DNA of 29,444 bases from Ginkgo biloba. Lineage: Eukaryota; Plantae; Ginkgophyta. The position numbers and the translations under genes were made by a program. Where the stretch lies: NCBI GenBank assembly GCA_024626585.2, contig JANKJI020000002.1:214306766-214336209 (forward strand), in the 5' to 3' direction. A model generated the notes under the pieces. The model was not told where the DNA came from. It ran no database searches and saw only the letters and a list, made by a program, of their open reading frames with translations. Below are positions 24,840-29,444 of this stretch, in pieces; within the stretch, counting starts at the first letter, position 1; each line of letters starts with the position of its first letter.

Positions 24840-25462
24840 ACATCATTCATTGAAAATACATTGACCTATCACACTCAACCAAATACCCAATGTGCTCACC
24901 CAAGATGTATAACAATGAAAGGCACAATCGGCACAAGAATGTTTTGTGGGGGAGGGGTAGAGGGAATGCAAGGTAAACGCTTTCATGAAAACATTTATAT
25001 ATAGTGGAGAGATGAATTAGGACACTAAATCGTTGGCAGTTAGCAACTACCGACTTGTCATAGGTAAGGCATTATTTTAGACCTTCAACATGACCTCTTG
25101 TAGACATTGACCAATGTTGGCACTTATTTGTGAATGTCAAACTCTAAATTATCTGTCGACATGCTTTGTAGTTTTGTTTGTGGAAGTACCATAAGTCAAC
25201 TAACGATTAACAAAAACCATCCACTTAAAAACCCTAAACCAAAATCATCTTGTGAGTTGGTTGCTATGTGGAAATAGTTGCAAGACAATTTTCCTATTTT
25301 TCTTTTTTGTCAATGATAATGATAATTTAGTTAATTATAAAACAAACCAACTATGCAAGGGATAGCCATCTTGGGCATGATAGATGTGTTTTTTTTATTT
25401 GATAAAATGAGGAGGTGTGGTAAGTTATGGTCTTGACATGATTGGTAATGTTGGGTTTGTAG

Positions 25463-26389
25463 GTCAAACTGGAAGAAGACTCTGAAATGGGGCTGGCTCT
25501 GAATCTTTGCAATAGTTCGAATGCAGCAATTACTGTATTTCTTGCACCAGAAGGCCCAAGTTTGAGCAGTACTTCTATTGATAGTCATTCAAAGCTGCTT
25601 GTTCAACTCCCAGACAACAACCCCAAGACAGCAGCAGAGAAGTTAAACAGATTGAAAGTTGGCAACGCCGCAAGTGGCCACCTCCAGATAAGCAATGACT
25701 GGATTCTGAGAAAATATGGCCTTGAAATGGATGGCTACACATTGACAGCAATATATGCTGTCTCTTATAAAGGCATGTTTGACAGTGTTAAGTTTTCAGA
25801 GATCTTAAAAACAGATGGGTCTGTGCCTTCTGTTTCAACAGTTCACAAGACTGAAGCTCTAGAAAAGAAGAACGCTGTAAGCGATGAGTCTGGATCTTCA
25901 TCAGCGAAAAACAGCGAAAAAACAAAGTACAATACGTCAGTTGGACACATTAGCTTAGCCTCTACCAACGATGATGAAGGGCACTTTCCTCCAACGGATT
26001 CATGGGACATCAACGGTGATAACACTTCTTGGGATAAGTCACCCACAGGGGAAAAGATGCTGAGCATAAAACTTGATTGGAAACTGAAAACTAGCCCTGA
26101 CTCGACAGAAGATGAAGTTGGTGCTGCATTTCTAAAATATAATATATATGTTGAGAAAATAAATCCGATGCAAGCTAATAAACTGAGAGGTGTTGGTCAT
26201 GTTATGGAGAAGGAAGTGAAATATTTAGGAGTTGCACAGGTGCAGTCCTATTATGTATCCCAACTTCTTGTTCCTACAGAATACCAAACACTTAAATTCT
26301 TCCTGCAACCATCATCTTCTCTTACTGGGGATACCCAACCGTTAAAAGATGCCCCATCATTTTCCATACATGTACCACCTGCAATATAG
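25463..26389 (+). CDS. ENGase: Terminal coding exon (308 aa plus stop) of cytosolic endo-beta-N-acetylglucosaminidase (GH85), C-terminal non-catalytic region
   Basis: Acceptor gggtttgtAG|gtc at 25461-25462 extends ORF 25487-26389 upstream to VKLEEDSEMGL. Motifs MDGYTLTAI, GHISL, FPPTDSW, LSIKLDWKLK, FLKYNIYVEK, YLGVAQVQSYYVSQLLVP and LKFFLQ match the plant ENGase C-terminus as I recall it. TAG stop at 26387-26389, no internal stops. Confidence 0.92.
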   Translation, partial: VKLEEDSEMGLALNLCNSSNAAITVFLAPEGPSLSSTSIDSHSKLLVQLPDNNPKTAAEKLNRLKVGNAASGHLQISNDWILRKYGLEMDGYTLTAIYAVSYKGMFDSVKFSEILKTDGSVPSVSTVHKTEALEKKNAVSDESGSSSAKNSEKTKYNTSVGHISLASTNDDEGHFPPTDSWDINGDNTSWDKSPTGEKMLSIKLDWKLKTSPDSTEDEVGAAFLKYNIYVEKINPMQANKLRGVGHVMEKEVKYLGVAQVQSYYVSQLLVPTEYQTLKFFLQPSSSLTGDTQPLKDAPSFSIHVPPAI

Positions 26390-29300
26390 ATTCAGTTGGA
26401 AACTATCTTCAGGAGCTAAAGAATGTAGGCAAGTAGATAGTATCTGCAATTTCAACTGTTTTTATTGAGCAGACGATTGAACCTGTATTTAGGATGGCAC
26501 TGCAGTGAAAATCTTAGTGGCTATATATTTGGCTATTTGTTTCCAAAATTTTTAAAAATTAGATTTGCCAATAGGCCAAAGTTTTCTAAAATATTCGGCA
26601 CGATTTTTTAAATTTAATGAAAAATTTTAGTTTATTCGTCAAATTTATCAAAAATTATTAGAAAAATATTTATTTTTCTNNNNNNNNNNNNNNNNNNNNN
26701 NNNNNNNNNNNNNNNNNNNNNNNNNNNNNNNNNNNNNNNNNNNNNNNNNNNNNNNNNNNNNNNNNNNNNNNNNNNNNNNNNNNNNNNNNNNNNNNNNNNN
26801 NNNNNNNNNNNNNNNNNNNNNNNNNNNNNNNNNNNNNNNNNNNNNNNNNNNNNNNNNNNNNNNNNNNNNNNNNNNNNNNNNNNNNNNNNNNNNNNNNNNN
26901 NNNNNNNNNNNNNNNNNNNNNNNNNNNNNNNNNNNNNNNNNNNNNNNNNNNNNNNNNNNNNNNNNNNNNNNNNNNNNNNNNNNNNNNNNNNNNNNNNNNN
27001 NNNNNNNNNNNNNNNNNNNNNNNNNNNNNNNNNNNNNNNNNNNNNNNNNNNNNNNNNNNNNNNNNNNNNNNNNNNNNNNNNNNNNNNNNNNNNNNNNNNN
27101 NNNNNNNNNNNNNNNNNNNNNNNNNNNNNNNNNNNNNNNNNNNNNNNNNNNNNNNNNNNNNNNNNNNNNNNNNNNNNNNNNNNNNNNNNNNNNNNNNNNN
27201 NNNNNNNNNNNNNNNNNNNNNNNNNNNNNNNNNNNNNNNNNNNNNNNNNNNNNNNNNNNNNNNNNNNNNNNNNNNNNNNNNNNNNNNNNNNNNNNNNNNN
27301 NNNNNNNNNNNNNNNNNNNNNNNNNNNNNNNNNNNNNNNNNNNNNNNNNNNNNNNNNNNNNNNNNNNNNNNNNNNNNNNNNNNNNNNNNNNNNNNNNNNN
27401 NNNNNNNNNNNNNNNNNNNNNNNNNACAACAATTCAAGGTGCGTTCCACGAAGAAATACAACCATCCCTTATAAATTATTTTGAATTCTTGTTTTCTTCA
27501 TGGCTTTTGAAATTGTGTTTGCACAAAGACATCGAAACAAAGAAAATTTGTTGAAAAAATTAACCAATATCACTGTATTTTGGCTTGCATGGATAAACAA
27601 TTAAGTCAAGTCTTTATGTCTTAGTTTCGTAAGACACATCACAATTCCAATACACAATCATAATTATTTCACGTGTTATACACTAGCCAATTTAAAATTT
27701 GAATTTGTATAATCAAGTTCACCTTCAAACCTCCTCAGAAATGATATCTTGTTACCTAAGTTGGGAAGCATTAAATAAAGAGTCCATAGAATTAAAAGTG
27801 TGTAGAAACATACAATAGAATTCTATACTATTCTATAATTAAGTAAGTTAATTAATAGCAAAATTTAATGACCACATCTTCATTAATGAGTAATGAATGA
27901 ATTTACATTCGATACTTATTTTCCAATAAATTATATTTAAAATAAAGGTTATTCACTATATAAAACACAATTATATGAAATCTTCCTACCACAACTTATT
28001 TTAAATACTTAACAAAATTATTATTATTACTATTTATTTAGTTAGTTAGCTATTCACACCATTAATGGAAGTGATTAGACATCAATTTTTTTAGTGTATT
28101 AATATAGATTCGAACAATAATGATGAATCATTTAATATTAAAAGAAAATATGATTACTTGAAAGTATTCCTACTTGATAATCTTTCAAGCAAATGTACTC
28201 TTAACATTACAATGATTTCTTTGGTGGTGAAAATGGGAAACAAAAAAAGTACCATTCTAAATAAAAGAAGCAAAGATTATGCATGTGCAACACTCAATGA
28301 ATATGGTAAAATTATAGTGGTTATTTAATAAAGTTGTAAGCATTTAAATATATACCTTAAATGGCAAAAAGTTCAAATAGTATGCTTAGTCTTATTTATT
28401 ATTACTAGATTTCAAAGGTGATAAAGCATTTTGGCTTGAAAATTCATGGTAACATTAGTTGTTTTAGTTTTCAAAAATACAAATGAACCATTTTCATCTT
28501 TCACTAGTATGTAGGTATGGGTGGTGGTAAGATGGATCATAATTGTGTCATTGAAGTTTTAAGGATTCACATTTAAGATTATGCTTCATTGACATGGAAC
28601 ATTACATAATATAATGCATCAAAAATGGTGTGTGAGAATTTAGCTTAGCAATTGCATTTGTTTGCTTAGCGAGATTGGTGAACTGTAGCTCTTTTTAGTA
28701 ATTGAGTGGTTATAGGAGATGATAATCTTAGTGTAATACTAAGCATGAATCTCTTAGTATCAAATAATGAAATGAAGTATTAACAAATGTGTATGATATG
28801 CGCATTGTAAAAAAATCCTATCATTTTCAATTGTAATTAGGTGGCCTTTCATGTAGATCAAGGAAATTCCATGGATTGTTCTTCTAATTGGGTATTCCAT
28901 TTTTCAAAAATGTAAATTCATAGATGAGCAAAATTATTATAAAATATTACTTGACTTATTATAATGTAGTGAAAACTTACTTTTATTAGCCAAATCTTAC
29001 ATACTTTTATGGAAAATTGTATATTTGTTTGATAAATTCACCTCTAATATGTTTAATTTACAGTTTATATTTTATGAATATTTTTCATAATGAAGATGGT
29101 CATGTAAAATAATTCACTCATTAAAGTGTTCTTAATGTGGATGACAACAAGATCCAAAGTTTACTATTGCATTTCTAGTAGAATTAATTTACTTATTTAA
29201 TATTTTCAAGCCACAAACCCTCAACAAAACTATAAATAACAAGTGGAAGTGAGCGTCAAAATTGAGGTCTCATTCGTGGCACTAAAATCTATAGAAAATT

Positions 29301-29444
29301 TTATAATGGAGTATGTATATCTCCATAAGAATTAAATATGTAACCACTAAGACAAGTGCCACATGATAATCACTAGATCATCCTCATATAAATAGTATAT
29401 TTTATAGCATATGAAGATTAAATGTTTTATTAATGAATTTTTAA

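Larger units (their letters stand above)
18329..25462 (+). other. GT-AG intron of ENGase (7134 bp as assembled, includes gaps)
   Basis: Canonical GTAAGG donor and TTTGTAG acceptor. The spliced junction reads ...ISYS|VKLEEDSE..., collinear with homologous ...FFS|VKSD... Confidence 0.85.

Noticed and set aside
25843-26067. Minus-strand ORFs overlapping the terminal exon (also 25331-25588)
   Set aside because: These are antisense shadows of the real coding exon with no independent support.
21869-27465. Long ORFs in the track at 21869-22366, 23737-24808 and 26632-27465
   Set aside because: They are almost entirely N-gap translations (X) and are artefacts.
26503-27575. hAT-like MITE downstream of the stop codon (CAGTGA...TCACTG)
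   Set aside because: The inverted match is only 6 bp, there is no 8-bp TSD, and the interior is mostly gap.
27426-29444. AT-rich downstream region
   Set aside because: No ORFs, recognisable repeats or RNA genes; it appears to be ordinary intergenic DNA.

Overview
AT-rich eukaryotic genomic DNA from a fragmented assembly with many N gaps, several of about 100 N and unknown true size. The degraded Ty3/gypsy and Helitron content and the very long TE-filled intron suggest a large-genome land plant, possibly a gymnosperm (inference). The only host gene I can support is the 3' part of a plant cytosolic endo-beta-N-acetylglucosaminidase (ENGase, GH85) on the + strand. It has a 136-bp internal exon (18193-18328) and a 927-bp terminal exon (25463-26389), joined in frame across a 7.1-kb GT-AG intron that is mostly one decayed LTR retrotransposon with a probable nested solo LTR. 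The GH85 catalytic exons are not visible, so the first 18 kb is probably more intron of this gene, or exons are hidden in gaps. That 18 kb holds decayed gypsy elements, a Helitron Rep/Hel remnant, short tandem repeats and a near-perfect 62-bp palindrome. Every confidently identified TE coding remnant is on the minus strand, antisense to the gene. I see no prokaryotic features and no convincing new biological system. Protein similarities are from my recollection of family motifs, not database searches.
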